Shown here: piece after piece, positions 10,776 through 21,074 of the stretch | How positions within the stretch are numbered: the stretch's first letter is position 1 | Layout: the number at the start of each line of letters is the position of its first letter | From: Hydrogenophaga sp. | GTDB lineage: Bacteria > Pseudomonadota > Gammaproteobacteria > Burkholderiales > Burkholderiaceae_C | Assembly (NCBI RefSeq): GCF_028698005.1 | Contig: NZ_JAQVEJ010000001.1 | Location: 1 to 60,236, forward strand | Direction of reading: 5' to 3' | DNA: 60,236 bases | Translations under genes and position numbers: made by a program | Notes under the pieces: generated by a model | What the model was told of the DNA's origin: nothing | What the model saw: the letters and a program-made list of their open reading frames with translations, nothing else | The model's database searches: none

Positions 10776-11180
10776 TCAGGCTGGTGTGTTGCGCATCCAG
10801 TCGGCAGTTTTGAAGAAGCTCTCGCGCAGCCGCACGCGCAGGTCTTCGGGCACGCCCGTTTCGCCCATGGCCTGGTCCATGCAGGCCAGCCACTGGTCGC
10901 GTTCACGGATGCCGATCGCAAAAGGCATGTGCCGCATGCGCAGGCGCGGGTGGCCAAAACGGTCTTCGTAGTAGGAGGGGCCACCCAGCCAGCCGCAAAG
11001 GAACCAGAACAGCTTCTGGCGTGCCGTGTCGAGCGTGTTGCCATGCGTGGCGCGCAACTCGGCATAGGCCGGCTCGATGTCCATGAGGTCGTAAAAGCGC
11101 TCGACCAGCGCGCGCACACGCTCCTCGCCCCCGATCCACTCGAAGGGGGTGCTGTGCCGGGGTTTCTCTTCGATCTGCAT
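10776..11180 (-). CDS. Group II truncated haemoglobin (trHbO)
   Basis: IGGEERVRALVERFYD, FLCGWLGGP, GHPRLRMRHMPF, ERDQWLACM. Confidence 0.93.
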   Translation of the reverse strand: MQIEEKPRHSTPFEWIGGEERVRALVERFYDLMDIEPAYAELRATHGNTLDTARQKLFWFLCGWLGGPSYYEDRFGHPRLRMRHMPFAIGIRERDQWLACMDQAMGETGVPEDLRVRLRESFFKTADWMRNTPA

Positions 11181-11211
11181 GCTGCTCCGTCAAGACGGCG
11201 CAGCCAGATGT

Positions 11212-11592
11212 TCAGCGCGCCGCCGCTGCCGATTCTGCCTTGGACTGGCAATTGATGCAGCGCAGCGCGGCCGGAAAGGCCTGCAGGCGCTGCAGGCCAA
11301 TATCGGCGCCACAGTCGATGCACGCGCCGTAGCTGCCCTCGTCCAGGCGCTGCAGCGCGGCACGCACGGCCACCAGCTCATCGTGGTCGCGGCGTGCCTC
11401 GGCGTCGCGCACGGCTTCCTGTGCCACCTCGTTGGCCTCGGTCGCAAAGGCGTTCTGCGGCGAGTTGTCGGCGTTGGAGACACGCTCGGCATGGCCCTGC
11501 CGCACTTCGTCGAGTTCGCTCAGCAGTTGTTCCCTGCGTGCCTCCAGCACGGCACGCAGCGCCTGTCGTTGGGTATCGTTCATCGTCGTCAT
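11212..11592 (-). CDS. TraR/DksA family C4 zinc-finger protein
   Basis: Coiled coil followed by ALQRLDEGSYGACIDCG...RLQAFPAALRCINCQ; start uncertain (11583, 11592 or 11604). Confidence 0.88.
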   Translation of the reverse strand: MTTMNDTQRQALRAVLEARREQLLSELDEVRQGHAERVSNADNSPQNAFATEANEVAQEAVRDAEARRDHDELVAVRAALQRLDEGSYGACIDCGADIGLQRLQAFPAALRCINCQSKAESAAAAR

Positions 11593-11668
11593 GTGATCAA
11601 GCATGCCATGAATTTCGGCAACCGGCCAGTGCCTGGGCGCAAGCCCACGGCACATACCCGCAGCGGCC

Positions 11669-14203
11669 TCAGGCCGCCTCGCGCAGGGTCTGCATCACCG
11701 GCGTCTGCAAAATGCCACGCAGGCCCCACCAGCCTGCCACCAGCGCCAGCACGCCGCCGGTCAGGCTGCCCGCCACCGGTACCAGCAGCGGTGGCTGCCA
11801 GGCGAACTGGAACGCATAACGGGCCAGCGCCCAGCCCACGGCCATGGCCACGAGCGAGGCCAGGAAACCCGCCAGCGCGCCCACGCCCAGCAGTTCGATC
11901 CGCTGGACCTGGCGCAGCAAGGCCGAACGGGCACCCAGTGCACGCAGCACCGCGAACTCGTGCTCGCGCTCGCCGCGGGTGGCGGTGATGGTGGCCAGCA
12001 GCACGACCAGCCCCGCGACCAGCGCGAAACCGAACAGGAACTCCACCGCCCGAATGACCTGCCCCAGCACACGCTGCACCTGGGCGATGGTCTGACTCAG
12101 ATCGACATGGGTGATGTTCGGAAACGCGCGCACCAGGGCGTTGTCGAAGCCGGTATCACCGGCCGGCGCGCGGAAAGCCGTGATGTAGGTCACGGGCGCC
12201 TCCGGCAGGGCCGAGACCGGGAAAATGACGAAGAAGTTGACGCGCATCGATCCCCAGTCGACCTTGCGCAGACTGGTGATGCGGCGCTCGAACAACTGCC
12301 CCGAGATGTCGAAACCCAGCCGGTCACCGAGCTGGAGCCCCAACTCCTTGGCCAGTCCCTCCTCCACGCTCAGTCCGTCGGCCTCCTGGGGTGTCCACTG
12401 CCCGCCCGTGATCTGGTTGTGCGAGGGCATGTCGACGGCATGCGAGAGGTTGAACTCGCGCTCGACCAGACGCTGCGCGCGGTCGGTGGTGAAGCGCTCG
12501 GGTTGCGTCGCCTGGCCGTTGATGGCAACCAGTCGGCCACGGATCATCGGATACCAGTCGTAGCGGGTGACACCCGCATCCTGCAGGGTCTGCTGGAACG
12601 GCGCCGCCTGGTCGGGCTGGATGTTGATGACGATGCGGTCCGGCGCGTCGGGCGGGGTGGCACTGCGCCAGCTGGCAATCAGGTCGGTGCGCAGCAGCAC
12701 CAGCAGCACCAGCGCCAGCAGGCCGACGGCGAGCGCACTGATCTGTACCACGGCGAACACCGGCCGGGCCGAAAATTGGCGCGTCGCCAGCACCAGGGCG
12801 CGCGGGGCCGTGGCTTCATTGACGCTGGCGCGCAGCACCCGGACCACCACCCAGCCGGCCAGGGCGAACAGCGCCACGGCGACCGCGAACCCCCCCACGG
12901 CAATACCGCCCAGCACCAGGTCGCGACTGGCCACGATCAGCAGCACGGCAAAGCCGGCGACGCCCAGGCCGAGCACCGCCAGCGTCGCCGGCCTGAGCTG
13001 CCCCACCTCGCGCCGGATCACCCGCAGCGGCGGGACACGCGCCAGTTGCAGCACCGGCGGCAAACCGAACGCCACCATCAACGTCAGCCCCATGCCCATG
13101 CCCAGCAGCACCGGCCAGACCGATGGCGCGGGCAGGGCCGTCTCGACCAGGCCGGCCAGCAGCCAGACGAACACGTGGTGCACCGCATAGCCGATCGCCA
13201 CCCCCAGCACACTGGCCGCCACACCGACCAGCAGGAACTCGATCGCATAGGCGCGCGCCATCACCGGCTGCGACACGCCCAGCACGCGCAGCATGGCGCA
13301 GTCGTCCAGGTGCCGCTGCGCGAAGCCGCGCGCGGCGATGGCCACGGCCACCGCCGACAGCAGCGCGGCCAGCAGCGCCACCAGATTCAGGAATTTCTCG
13401 GCACGTGTCAGGGTCTGCTGCATCTGCGGACTGCCGCCCTCGAGCGACTCCAGGCGCATGCCACGCACGTCGGGCCGCGCCACCTCGGTGTCGGCCCAGT
13501 CGGCAAAGGCACGGACCGTCTGGTCGTCATCACCGGCCACCGCGAAGCGCCAGGTGATGCGGCTGGCGGGCTGCACCAGCCCGGTGGCCGCCAGGTCGTC
13601 GGCATGGATCATCACCCGGGGTGCGAAACTCATGAAGCCAGCACCACGATCCGGTTCCAGCGCGATCACCTGCGAGATGCGAAAGCGGCTGTCGCCCAGC
13701 CACAGGTCCTGCCCGACCCGCAGCTCCAGCGCCGCCAGCAGCGCGGCATCGACCCAGGTCGTGCCCGGTGCCGGCACGGCGTCGGTCGGCGCATCGGGCA
13801 CGCCGGGCGACGGTGCCACGCGCAGGCTGCCCCGCAGCGGGTAGCCGGGCGCCACCACCTTGAGCGCCACCAGGCGCGCCGCGCCGCCCTGCTCGTCGGG
13901 TGCGCGCCCCATGGTCGGGAACACCAGCGTCTGCACGCTGCGCAGGCCCAGCGCCTGCGCCCGTTCGGCAAACCGTGCAGGCACCTCGTGATCGCTGGCC
14001 ACGACCACGTCACCACCGATCAAAGCCCGTGCGTCACGGTGCAGGCCGTTTTGCAGCCGGTCGGCAAAGAACCCCACCGCCGTCAGCGCGGCCACCGCCA
14101 GCGTCACCGCCACCAGCAGCAGCCGCAACTCGCCCGCGCGCCAGTCGCGCCACAAGGTGCGCCAGCCCAGGGACCAGGACGTGACGGAAAGAGCAGAAGC
14201 CAT
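11669..14203 (-). CDS. YbbP-like ABC transporter permease (FtsX/MacB-like, duplicated)
   Basis: RDWRAGELRLL, two permease repeats, INIQPDQ, REFNLS, RKVDW..MRVNFF. Confidence 0.88.
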   Translation of the reverse strand: MASALSVTSWSLGWRTLWRDWRAGELRLLLVAVTLAVAALTAVGFFADRLQNGLHRDARALIGGDVVVASDHEVPARFAERAQALGLRSVQTLVFPTMGRAPDEQGGAARLVALKVVAPGYPLRGSLRVAPSPGVPDAPTDAVPAPGTTWVDAALLAALELRVGQDLWLGDSRFRISQVIALEPDRGAGFMSFAPRVMIHADDLAATGLVQPASRITWRFAVAGDDDQTVRAFADWADTEVARPDVRGMRLESLEGGSPQMQQTLTRAEKFLNLVALLAALLSAVAVAIAARGFAQRHLDDCAMLRVLGVSQPVMARAYAIEFLLVGVAASVLGVAIGYAVHHVFVWLLAGLVETALPAPSVWPVLLGMGMGLTLMVAFGLPPVLQLARVPPLRVIRREVGQLRPATLAVLGLGVAGFAVLLIVASRDLVLGGIAVGGFAVAVALFALAGWVVVRVLRASVNEATAPRALVLATRQFSARPVFAVVQISALAVGLLALVLLVLLRTDLIASWRSATPPDAPDRIVINIQPDQAAPFQQTLQDAGVTRYDWYPMIRGRLVAINGQATQPERFTTDRAQRLVEREFNLSHAVDMPSHNQITGGQWTPQEADGLSVEEGLAKELGLQLGDRLGFDISGQLFERRITSLRKVDWGSMRVNFFVIFPVSALPEAPVTYITAFRAPAGDTGFDNALVRAFPNITHVDLSQTIAQVQRVLGQVIRAVEFLFGFALVAGLVVLLATITATRGEREHEFAVLRALGARSALLRQVQRIELLGVGALAGFLASLVAMAVGWALARYAFQFAWQPPLLVPVAGSLTGGVLALVAGWWGLRGILQTPVMQTLREAA

Positions 14204-14275
14204 ACGAGAACCATACCGCATCAGGCCGATCTCCGCCGGTCCAGGGGCGCCGCGTCAGCGGCGCGGGGGAGTCCC

Positions 14276-14908
14276 TTACTTCGTGCCGAAGATGCGGTCG
14301 CCGGCGTCGCCCAGACCGGGCACGATGTAGCCATGGTCGTTCAGGCCACGGTCGATGGCCGGGGTGTAGATCGGCACATCCGGGTGGGCGTCGTGGAAGG
14401 TCTTGATGCCTTGCGGGCAGGTCACCAGGCAGACGAAGCGGATGGAACGCGGATTCGTCTGCTTGAGGCGGTCCACCGCCGCCACCGCCGAATTGCCCGT
14501 GGCCAGCATCGGATCGAGCACGATGACGTCGCGCTCCTCCATGCCCTGGGGCATCTTGAAGTAGTACTCCACCGCTTGCAGTGTCTCGGGGTCGCGATAC
14601 AGACCGATATGGCCCACGCGTGCGCCGGGAATGATCTGCAGCATGCCGTCGAGAAAACCGTTGCCGGCGCGCAGGATGGAGGCCAGCACGATCTTCTTGC
14701 CGTCGATGACGCGCGAGGTCATTTGCTCCAGCGGCGTCTCGATTTCGATTTCCTGCATCGGCATGTCACGCGTGATCTCGTAGGCCAGCAGGGCGGACAC
14801 CTCGTGCACCAGTTCGCGAAAGCTCTTGGTGCTGGTGTCCTTCTTGCGCATCAGCGTAAGTTTGTGCTGGACCAGGGGGTGATCGATGACATGGACGTCG
14901 CGACTCAT
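14276..14908 (-). CDS. upp: Uracil phosphoribosyltransferase
   Basis: [39 protein letters not shown]. Confidence 0.97.
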   Translation of the reverse strand: MSRDVHVIDHPLVQHKLTLMRKKDTSTKSFRELVHEVSALLAYEITRDMPMQEIEIETPLEQMTSRVIDGKKIVLASILRAGNGFLDGMLQIIPGARVGHIGLYRDPETLQAVEYYFKMPQGMEERDVIVLDPMLATGNSAVAAVDRLKQTNPRSIRFVCLVTCPQGIKTFHDAHPDVPIYTPAIDRGLNDHGYIVPGLGDAGDRIFGTK

Positions 14909-15043
14909 CGGGCGTTCTTTCGGTGTGTTTGGACAGGCAGAAACCGGCGGAACGCCAAGTGTATAACCCGCGGCCCTGCCTCCTTGTCTCACCCAGAGGG
15001 AGCGGGAGCACAACCCGCCACGAAAGCAGTGCCCCAGCGCCAG

Positions 15044-15106
15044 GCACCCACGGAACCGGCCTGGCCGGACCGTCGGGTGCGTCCCCCTCGAAGCGCCGCA
15101 GGGGGA
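15044..15106. repeat. GC-rich double hairpin (REP-like element or terminator) downstream of boxA
   Basis: GCACCC..CCGGC-CTG-GCCGG..GGGTGC followed by TCCCCCT..AGGGGGA. Confidence 0.45.
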
Positions 15107-15107
15107 G

Positions 15108-16418
15108 TCAGTAAGTCTCCAGGTGCAGGCGCCCCTCGCGCTTGAGGGCGGCCCCGACTTCTTCCCAGTTCATGCCGGCGTCGGTGGCGACGTCGCGCAG
15201 CGCCAGCACCACGCCCTCCTCCATGGACTTGAGCCCGCAGACGTAGAAGCAGGTGTTCGGATCCTTGAGCAGCAGCGCCAGGTCGGCCGCGCGCTCGCGC
15301 ATGGCGTCCTGCACGTAGCGCTTGGGCTGGCCGGGCGTGCGGCTGAAGGCGAAGTTGATGTCGATGAAATCCTTGGGCAGGTTCTGCAACGGCCCGAAGT
15401 ACGGCAGTTCCTCCTGGGTGCGGGCACCGAAGAACAGCATCAGCTTGCCACTCTCGAACTTGCCTGTCTTGCGCAGGCGGCGTCGCCACTCGGTCATCGC
15501 ACGCATCGGCGCGCTGCCGGTGCCGGTGCAGATCATCACGATGTGGCTCTTCGGGTGGTTGGGCATCAGGAAGCTGGCGCCGAAGGGCCCGATCACTTCC
15601 ACCTTGTCGCCCACCTGGAGGTCGCACATGTAGTTGCTGGCCACACCGCGCACCGGCTTGCCGTCGTGGTCCTCGAGCACGCGCTTGATCGTCAGCGACA
15701 GGTTGTTGTAACCCGGGCGTTCGCCATTGCGCGGGCTGGCAATGCTGTACTGGCGGGCATGGTGCGGCCTGCCCTTGTCATCGGTACCCGGTGCAATGAT
15801 GCCGATGCTCTGGCCTTCGAGCACGGGGAAAGGCATCTGGCCGAAGTCCAGCACGATGTGGTGGGTGTCGTAGTCCTTGCCGACCGCCGTCACGCGGACG
15901 TTGCCGGTGACCGTGGCCGTGACGGTGGTTTGCGCAGCGCGCGGGCCGTACAGGTTGGTGTAGGCGTGGGCTGCGCTCCAGGGCGGGATGGTGGCGCCGT
16001 ACTGGGCCGAGTTGAAGGCCTCCTGGCCGGTCGGGTCGGGCCGGGCGTCCGGCTCCTGCCCGGCGGCGGGTGCATCCTCGGCCTGTTCAGCCGGGGCGTC
16101 CACACCGGCCACGTCGGCCGACATGTCGTTCAGCTCGGCATTCGACAGTTCGGGCGGCAGCTCGTCCCAGCCCAGTTGCTCGTCGAGCGTGTAGGCGCGC
16201 CCGCGCACCACACGGCGGTAGTTGTCGATCGAGCCGGTGGGGCATGGCGAGATGCAATCGTTGCACCAGTTGCACTTGTCCACGTCGACCACGTAGTTGC
16301 GGGAGTCGTGCGTGATGGCCCCCACCGGGCAGATGGATTCGCAGGTATTGCACCGGATGCAGATCTCCGGATCGATCAGGTGCTGTTTGATGATGAGGGC
16401 TTCGGCGGGGGCATTCAT
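15108..16418 (-). CDS. boxA: Benzoyl-CoA 2,3-epoxidase reductase subunit
   Basis: [18 protein letters not shown], two 4Fe-4S motifs, FNR domain [22 protein letters not shown]-terminal ETY. Confidence 0.96.
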   Translation of the reverse strand: MNAPAEALIIKQHLIDPEICIRCNTCESICPVGAITHDSRNYVVDVDKCNWCNDCISPCPTGSIDNYRRVVRGRAYTLDEQLGWDELPPELSNAELNDMSADVAGVDAPAEQAEDAPAAGQEPDARPDPTGQEAFNSAQYGATIPPWSAAHAYTNLYGPRAAQTTVTATVTGNVRVTAVGKDYDTHHIVLDFGQMPFPVLEGQSIGIIAPGTDDKGRPHHARQYSIASPRNGERPGYNNLSLTIKRVLEDHDGKPVRGVASNYMCDLQVGDKVEVIGPFGASFLMPNHPKSHIVMICTGTGSAPMRAMTEWRRRLRKTGKFESGKLMLFFGARTQEELPYFGPLQNLPKDFIDINFAFSRTPGQPKRYVQDAMRERAADLALLLKDPNTCFYVCGLKSMEEGVVLALRDVATDAGMNWEEVGAALKREGRLHLETY

Positions 16419-16551
16419 CGGGGTCTCCGGTTTTCTCGTCTCTGGCGCGATTGTCCGACGGGCTGCGCTGCCATGGGGCATCCCCCTGGCAGCCCTTCCG
16501 GCGCACGTGGCGCCCTTGGAAGGGAACTGCGCGCAACCGCGCGGAAGGCCG

Positions 16552-17979
16552 TCAGTTGAAGCGGACGTACTCGAAGTTCACCGGCTGACGGTTGATGCCG
16601 ATCACCGGCGGCGCGATCCAGTTGGCAAACTTGCCCGGCTCGACCACACGGCCCATCAGGCTCGCGACGTAGGCGCGGTCCTGGTCGGTCGGCAGCCATT
16701 CGGCGACCTTGGCATTCCATTCGCTGTCGGACACCACGCGACCATCCGGGCTGACCTTGGCGCCGGCCAGGGAGCCGATATTGCGGTGGAAGGCCTTGTG
16801 CGGCACCGTCAGGCGGAAGTCGATGCCGGCCTTTTCGATGATGCGGTTCCAGCGCTCCACGCCGCCGACCGAGTCCTTGATGTAGTCGTCGCGCAGCACT
16901 TCGTTGAGGGCGTTGAGCATCGGCACCTCCTTCTCCGTGAGTTGCCCGTCGACCACGTCCAGGATCTTGTAGGACTGGCCCTTGAGGATGTGGTCGTCGT
17001 TGCGCTTGCCTTCCTCGTAGCGGCCCTTGAGGCCCGAGCTGTAGAAGGTGGCGGCGTTGGACGACTGGTCGGCGCCAAACAGGTCGATGGTCACCGAGAA
17101 GTGGAAGTTCAGGTAGCGCTGGATCGTGGGCAGGTCGATCACGCCGGCGGCGCGCAGCTTGCCCACGTCGTCCGTCTTGAGCTGGTTCATCATCTCGCAG
17201 GTGCGGCTGATGACACGGCCCACGCCCGACTCGCCCACGAACATGTGGTGCGCTTCCTCGGTCAGCATGAACTTGGTCGTGCGGGCCAGCGGGTCGAACG
17301 CCGACTCGGCCAGCGCGCACAGCTGGAACTTGCCGTCACGGTCGGTGAAGTAGGTGAACATGAAGAAGCTCAGCCAATCGGGCGTCTTCTCGTTGAAGGC
17401 CTGCAGGATGCGCGGGTTGTCGGCGTTGCCGCTGTTGCGCTCGAGCAGGGCCTCGGCCTCTTCGCGGCCGTCCTTGCCGAAGAACTTGTGCAGCAGGTAG
17501 ACCATCGCCCACAGATGGCGGCCTTCCTCCACGTTCACCTGGAACAGGTTGCGCAGGTCGTACTGGCTGGGCGCGGTCAGGCCCAGGTGGCGCTGCTGTT
17601 CGACCGAGGCGGGCTCGGTATCGCCCTGGGTGACGATGATGCGGCGCAGGTTGGCGCGGTGCTCCCCCGGCACATCCTGCCAGGCGGCTTCACCCAGGTG
17701 GTCGCCGAAATGGATCTTGCGGTCCTGCTCGGCGGGGTTGAGAAAGATGCCCCAGCGGTAGTCGGGCATCTTCACATGGCCGAACTGCGCCCAGCCCTGC
17801 GGGTCCACGCTGACGGCGGTGCGCAGGTAGACATCGAAGTTCTGCGAACCTTCGGGGCCCATGTCCTGCCACCACTGCAGGTAGTTCGGCTGCCAGTGCT
17901 CCAGCGCGCGCTGCAGCGTGCGGTCCTCGCTGAGGTTGACGTTGTTGGGGATCTTCTCGCTGTAGTTGATGCTGGACAT
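16552..17979 (-). CDS. boxB: Benzoyl-CoA 2,3-epoxidase diiron subunit
   Basis: [30 protein letters not shown] and EEAHH diiron motifs. Confidence 0.97.
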   Translation of the reverse strand: MSSINYSEKIPNNVNLSEDRTLQRALEHWQPNYLQWWQDMGPEGSQNFDVYLRTAVSVDPQGWAQFGHVKMPDYRWGIFLNPAEQDRKIHFGDHLGEAAWQDVPGEHRANLRRIIVTQGDTEPASVEQQRHLGLTAPSQYDLRNLFQVNVEEGRHLWAMVYLLHKFFGKDGREEAEALLERNSGNADNPRILQAFNEKTPDWLSFFMFTYFTDRDGKFQLCALAESAFDPLARTTKFMLTEEAHHMFVGESGVGRVISRTCEMMNQLKTDDVGKLRAAGVIDLPTIQRYLNFHFSVTIDLFGADQSSNAATFYSSGLKGRYEEGKRNDDHILKGQSYKILDVVDGQLTEKEVPMLNALNEVLRDDYIKDSVGGVERWNRIIEKAGIDFRLTVPHKAFHRNIGSLAGAKVSPDGRVVSDSEWNAKVAEWLPTDQDRAYVASLMGRVVEPGKFANWIAPPVIGINRQPVNFEYVRFN

Positions 17980-18062
17980 GACGGTCTCCTGAAGAGGAAA
18001 GGAAAGAATGCTGGAGTGAAGAGGGTCCGCAGGTCAGCCGCACCCGCGGCACACGGAAGCGG

Positions 18063-19730
18063 TCACACCCGGTTCCAGTCAAAGGCTGCTTTTTCACCCT
18101 TGCCGTAGACCTTCAAGGCCCCTTTCTCGCCCACGGCGTTGGGTCGCTGGAAGATCCAGTTCTGCCAGGCGGTCAGACGACCGAAGATGCGGGTGAGCAT
18201 GTTCTCCTTCTGGGCAAAGCGCAAGTTGGCTTCCAGGCCGGTGAGCGCGTCGGGCGACATGGCGGCACGCTCTTCCAGCACCAGGCGGATCTCGTCGGCC
18301 CAGTCGATATCGTCGGGGGCGGCCGTGACCAGGCCCAGCTTGACAGCGGCATCGCCGTCCAGCGCCTGGCCGATGGCGCTGCGCGCCGCGTCCATCGGGC
18401 CGGCCTCTTCATAGAAGCGGCGCGCCAGACGCGACTGGCCGTTGACCATGGGGAAAAAGCCGAAATTCATCTCCGACAGCGTCAGCGTGGGCTGCTTCTC
18501 GGGCTCGTCGGGCAGCACGAGCTGGTAGCTGCGGTCGGCGCAGAAGGCCAGCTCGGCCAGCGTGCCGGCGAAGCACGAGCCGGGCTCGATCAGGGCGAAC
18601 AGGCTGCGCGAGGACACGTCCAGGCGCGCCAGCGTGCGGCGCAGCATGCCGATGGTTTCGTTGACGAACCAGTGGTCCTTGTGCGCCAGCAAGGTGGCGT
18701 CCATGGCCAGCACCGCGGCCGCATCGCCCTCGGTCTTGAGGACCCAGGTGCCGATGTCGAGCTCGTTGGTGCGCATGTGCAGGATGGCGTCGTCCAGTTC
18801 GCGGATCATCGCCAGCGGGTACCAGGCGGCAGCGGCGGCCTCGATGCCGGCGATGTCGGCCGGCTGTGCGCCCTGGGGGGCCTTGACGGTGAACGTGGCA
18901 ACACGCTTGGCGCGGTCGATCTCGACCACCACATTCGCGTACACCACGCGATCGGCCTCGAACGTGCGCTGCAGCGGCGTCAGTTCAACACCCTTGGCAT
19001 CCGCCGGACGGCTGCTGCCTGCCGCCAGCTTCTCGGCACGCTCGCGCACCACCTGCTGGAACTGCGCCGGCTTGGCGATGGCATCGACCAGGCGCCAGTC
19101 CACCGCCTTCTGGCCGCGCACGCCCTCGGCGCTGGTGCAGAAGATGTCGGCCAGATCGTGACGCACATGGCGCTTGTCGGTCACGCGGGTCAGACCGCCG
19201 GTGCCGGGCAGCACGCCCAGCAAGGGCACTTCGGGCAGGCTCACGGCGCTGGAGCGGTCGTCCACCAGCACGATGTCGTCGCAGGCCAGCGCCAGTTCAT
19301 AGCCGCCACCGGCGCAGGCACCGTTGAGCGCGGCCACGAATTTCAGGCCGGAATGCTGCGAGGCGTCCTCGATGCCGTTGCGGGTTTCGTTGGTGAACTT
19401 GCAGAAGTTGACCTTCCAGCCATGGCTCGACAGGCCCAGCATGAAGATGTTGGCACCCGAGCAGAACACGCGATCCTTCAGGCTGGTGACGACCACCGTA
19501 CGCACCTCCGGATGCTCGAAGCGAATGCGCTGCAGCGCATCGTGCAGCTCGATGTCCACGCCCAGGTCGTAGCTGTTGAGCTTGAGTTTGTAACCGGGGC
19601 GCAGGCCGGCGTCTTCGTTGATGGCCAGCGACAACGTGGCGATCGGGCCATCGAAGCTCAGTTGCACATGCTGGTAACGCGAAGGATGGGTCTGGTAATC
19701 GACGCGGGGGGCGGCGGCGGTGGCGGTCAT
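18063..19730 (-). CDS. boxC: 2,3-epoxybenzoyl-CoA dihydrolase
   Basis: LKLNSYDLGVDIEL, crotonase AGGGYELALACD, LTAWQNWIFQRPNA. Confidence 0.96.
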   Translation of the reverse strand: MTATAAAPRVDYQTHPSRYQHVQLSFDGPIATLSLAINEDAGLRPGYKLKLNSYDLGVDIELHDALQRIRFEHPEVRTVVVTSLKDRVFCSGANIFMLGLSSHGWKVNFCKFTNETRNGIEDASQHSGLKFVAALNGACAGGGYELALACDDIVLVDDRSSAVSLPEVPLLGVLPGTGGLTRVTDKRHVRHDLADIFCTSAEGVRGQKAVDWRLVDAIAKPAQFQQVVRERAEKLAAGSSRPADAKGVELTPLQRTFEADRVVYANVVVEIDRAKRVATFTVKAPQGAQPADIAGIEAAAAAWYPLAMIRELDDAILHMRTNELDIGTWVLKTEGDAAAVLAMDATLLAHKDHWFVNETIGMLRRTLARLDVSSRSLFALIEPGSCFAGTLAELAFCADRSYQLVLPDEPEKQPTLTLSEMNFGFFPMVNGQSRLARRFYEEAGPMDAARSAIGQALDGDAAVKLGLVTAAPDDIDWADEIRLVLEERAAMSPDALTGLEANLRFAQKENMLTRIFGRLTAWQNWIFQRPNAVGEKGALKVYGKGEKAAFDWNRV

Positions 19731-19799
19731 GCGGGTCTCCTCGGATCGGAACGGCGGTTGCAGTGGGGTTCAGAAAGCGGGCTGCGGCGCAGCGTGATG

Positions 19800-19848
19800 T
19801 GAATAATAATTCATATTCCTGAGCCAAGTCAAATGCAATTTACTGCAT
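19800..19848. promoter_or_regulatory. Candidate BoxR operators in the boxC promoter
   Basis: TGCA-ATTTAC-TGCA (19834-19847) and variant TGAA-TAATAA-TTCA (19800-19813) in an AT-rich patch; BzdR/BoxR family binds TGCA boxes. Confidence 0.7.
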
Positions 19849-19967
19849 AACATCAGGAAAAACCCTGGCTTCACCTCCAACGCCAGGGCAGCGCCCAGCC
19901 GGCCCGGCCGGCCACGGGCGTCAGCCCTGCAGGTGCCCGCGATGCCGCCGAAGCAGCCAGGCCACCG

Positions 19968-20900
19968 TCACACCGGCAGCCGGAGCAACTGGCGCACCTC
20001 GGACCGCAGCCGCAGAAAACTCTCTTCCAGCGGCTGCGCACTGGTATTGAAGCTCAGATCGGCCTTGGAGTAGAAGGCCGACCGTCCCTCCAGAATCCGC
20101 TTGAGGTCTTCCATGGCCTCCCGGCTGGCCGCCATCGGCCGCAAGTCGCCCTGCGCCGCCACGCGCGCCATGTGATCGGCCGGATCGGCCTGCAGCCACA
20201 CCGTGGTGCAATGCTGCAGCAACAGGTTGAAGTTGGCCGAGTCGGCCACCAGCCCGCCGGGCGTCGCGATCACCACCTCGGGGTAGATCTGGATCGCTTC
20301 TTCCAGCGCACGTCGCTCGTAGCGGCGGTAGGCGTTGGCGCCATACAGGTTGTGGATCTCGCTGATGCTGCAACCGGCGAACTGCTCGATCTCGCGGCTC
20401 AGCTCGATGAACGGATAACCCAGGTCATCGGCCAGACGCTGACCCAGCGTCGATTTGCCGGCCCCGCGCAAGCCGATCAGGGCCACGCGCGCCAGCCGGC
20501 CCTGCGCGTCCACGCCGCCGCTGGCACCCAGCAGCTCGGCCAGTTGCATCCGCGCGCGGCGCAAATCGGCCTCGTCGCGCCCCTGCAGCAACTCGCGGAT
20601 CAGCAGCCACTCGGGTGAAGAGGTGGTGACGTCGCCGATCAGCTCGGCGAGCGAGCACTGCAGGGCCTGCGCCACCTGCAGCAACACCAGAATGGACGCA
20701 TTGCCGGTGCCATATTCCAGGTTGGCCAGATGACGCTCGGACACATCGGCCGCCAGGGCCACGGCCTTGCGCGTCATGCCCTTGCGCGAACGCAGGGTGC
20801 GCACACGCTCACCCAATGCCACCAGAAAGGGGTGGCGCTCTTCTTCGCTGGTGCCGGCATGGGCGGCCGGGTGATGAATCACGGTGTCGCTGGCGGTCAT
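19968..20900 (-). CDS. boxR: BoxR/BzdR-family regulator (XRE HTH plus shikimate-kinase-like domain)
   Basis: VSERHLANLEYGTGNAS HTH; IGLRGAGKSTLG P-loop; located inside the box cluster. Confidence 0.93.
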   Translation of the reverse strand: MTASDTVIHHPAAHAGTSEEERHPFLVALGERVRTLRSRKGMTRKAVALAADVSERHLANLEYGTGNASILVLLQVAQALQCSLAELIGDVTTSSPEWLLIRELLQGRDEADLRRARMQLAELLGASGGVDAQGRLARVALIGLRGAGKSTLGQRLADDLGYPFIELSREIEQFAGCSISEIHNLYGANAYRRYERRALEEAIQIYPEVVIATPGGLVADSANFNLLLQHCTTVWLQADPADHMARVAAQGDLRPMAASREAMEDLKRILEGRSAFYSKADLSFNTSAQPLEESFLRLRSEVRQLLRLPV

Positions 20901-20972
20901 GGCGCAGGCGCCTTTCGTCTGTTGTTGAGCCGACTCAGGGAAAACCCCCGGTCACAATGGCCCCCACGAATA

Positions 20973-21012
20973 TGCACTTTAATGCATACTTGCAGAGAAG
21001 CAAGATAGTGCA
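20973..21012. promoter_or_regulatory. Candidate BoxR operators in the boxR/boxD divergent promoter
   Basis: TGCA-CTTTAA-TGCA (20973-20986) plus TGCA at 20991 and 21009. Confidence 0.72.
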
Positions 21013-21074
21013 TTTATACCGTCATTCCGTGATCCCGGCCACGGTTGCCACGAAAACCACTGCATCCACCGACC

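Noticed and set aside
4581-15145. Very long antisense ORFs (e.g. 4581..7550 +, 7550..9190 +, 11960..15145 +) and similar ones throughout the window
   Set aside because: Shadow frames of high-GC genes on the opposite strand; no recognisable motifs and abnormal composition
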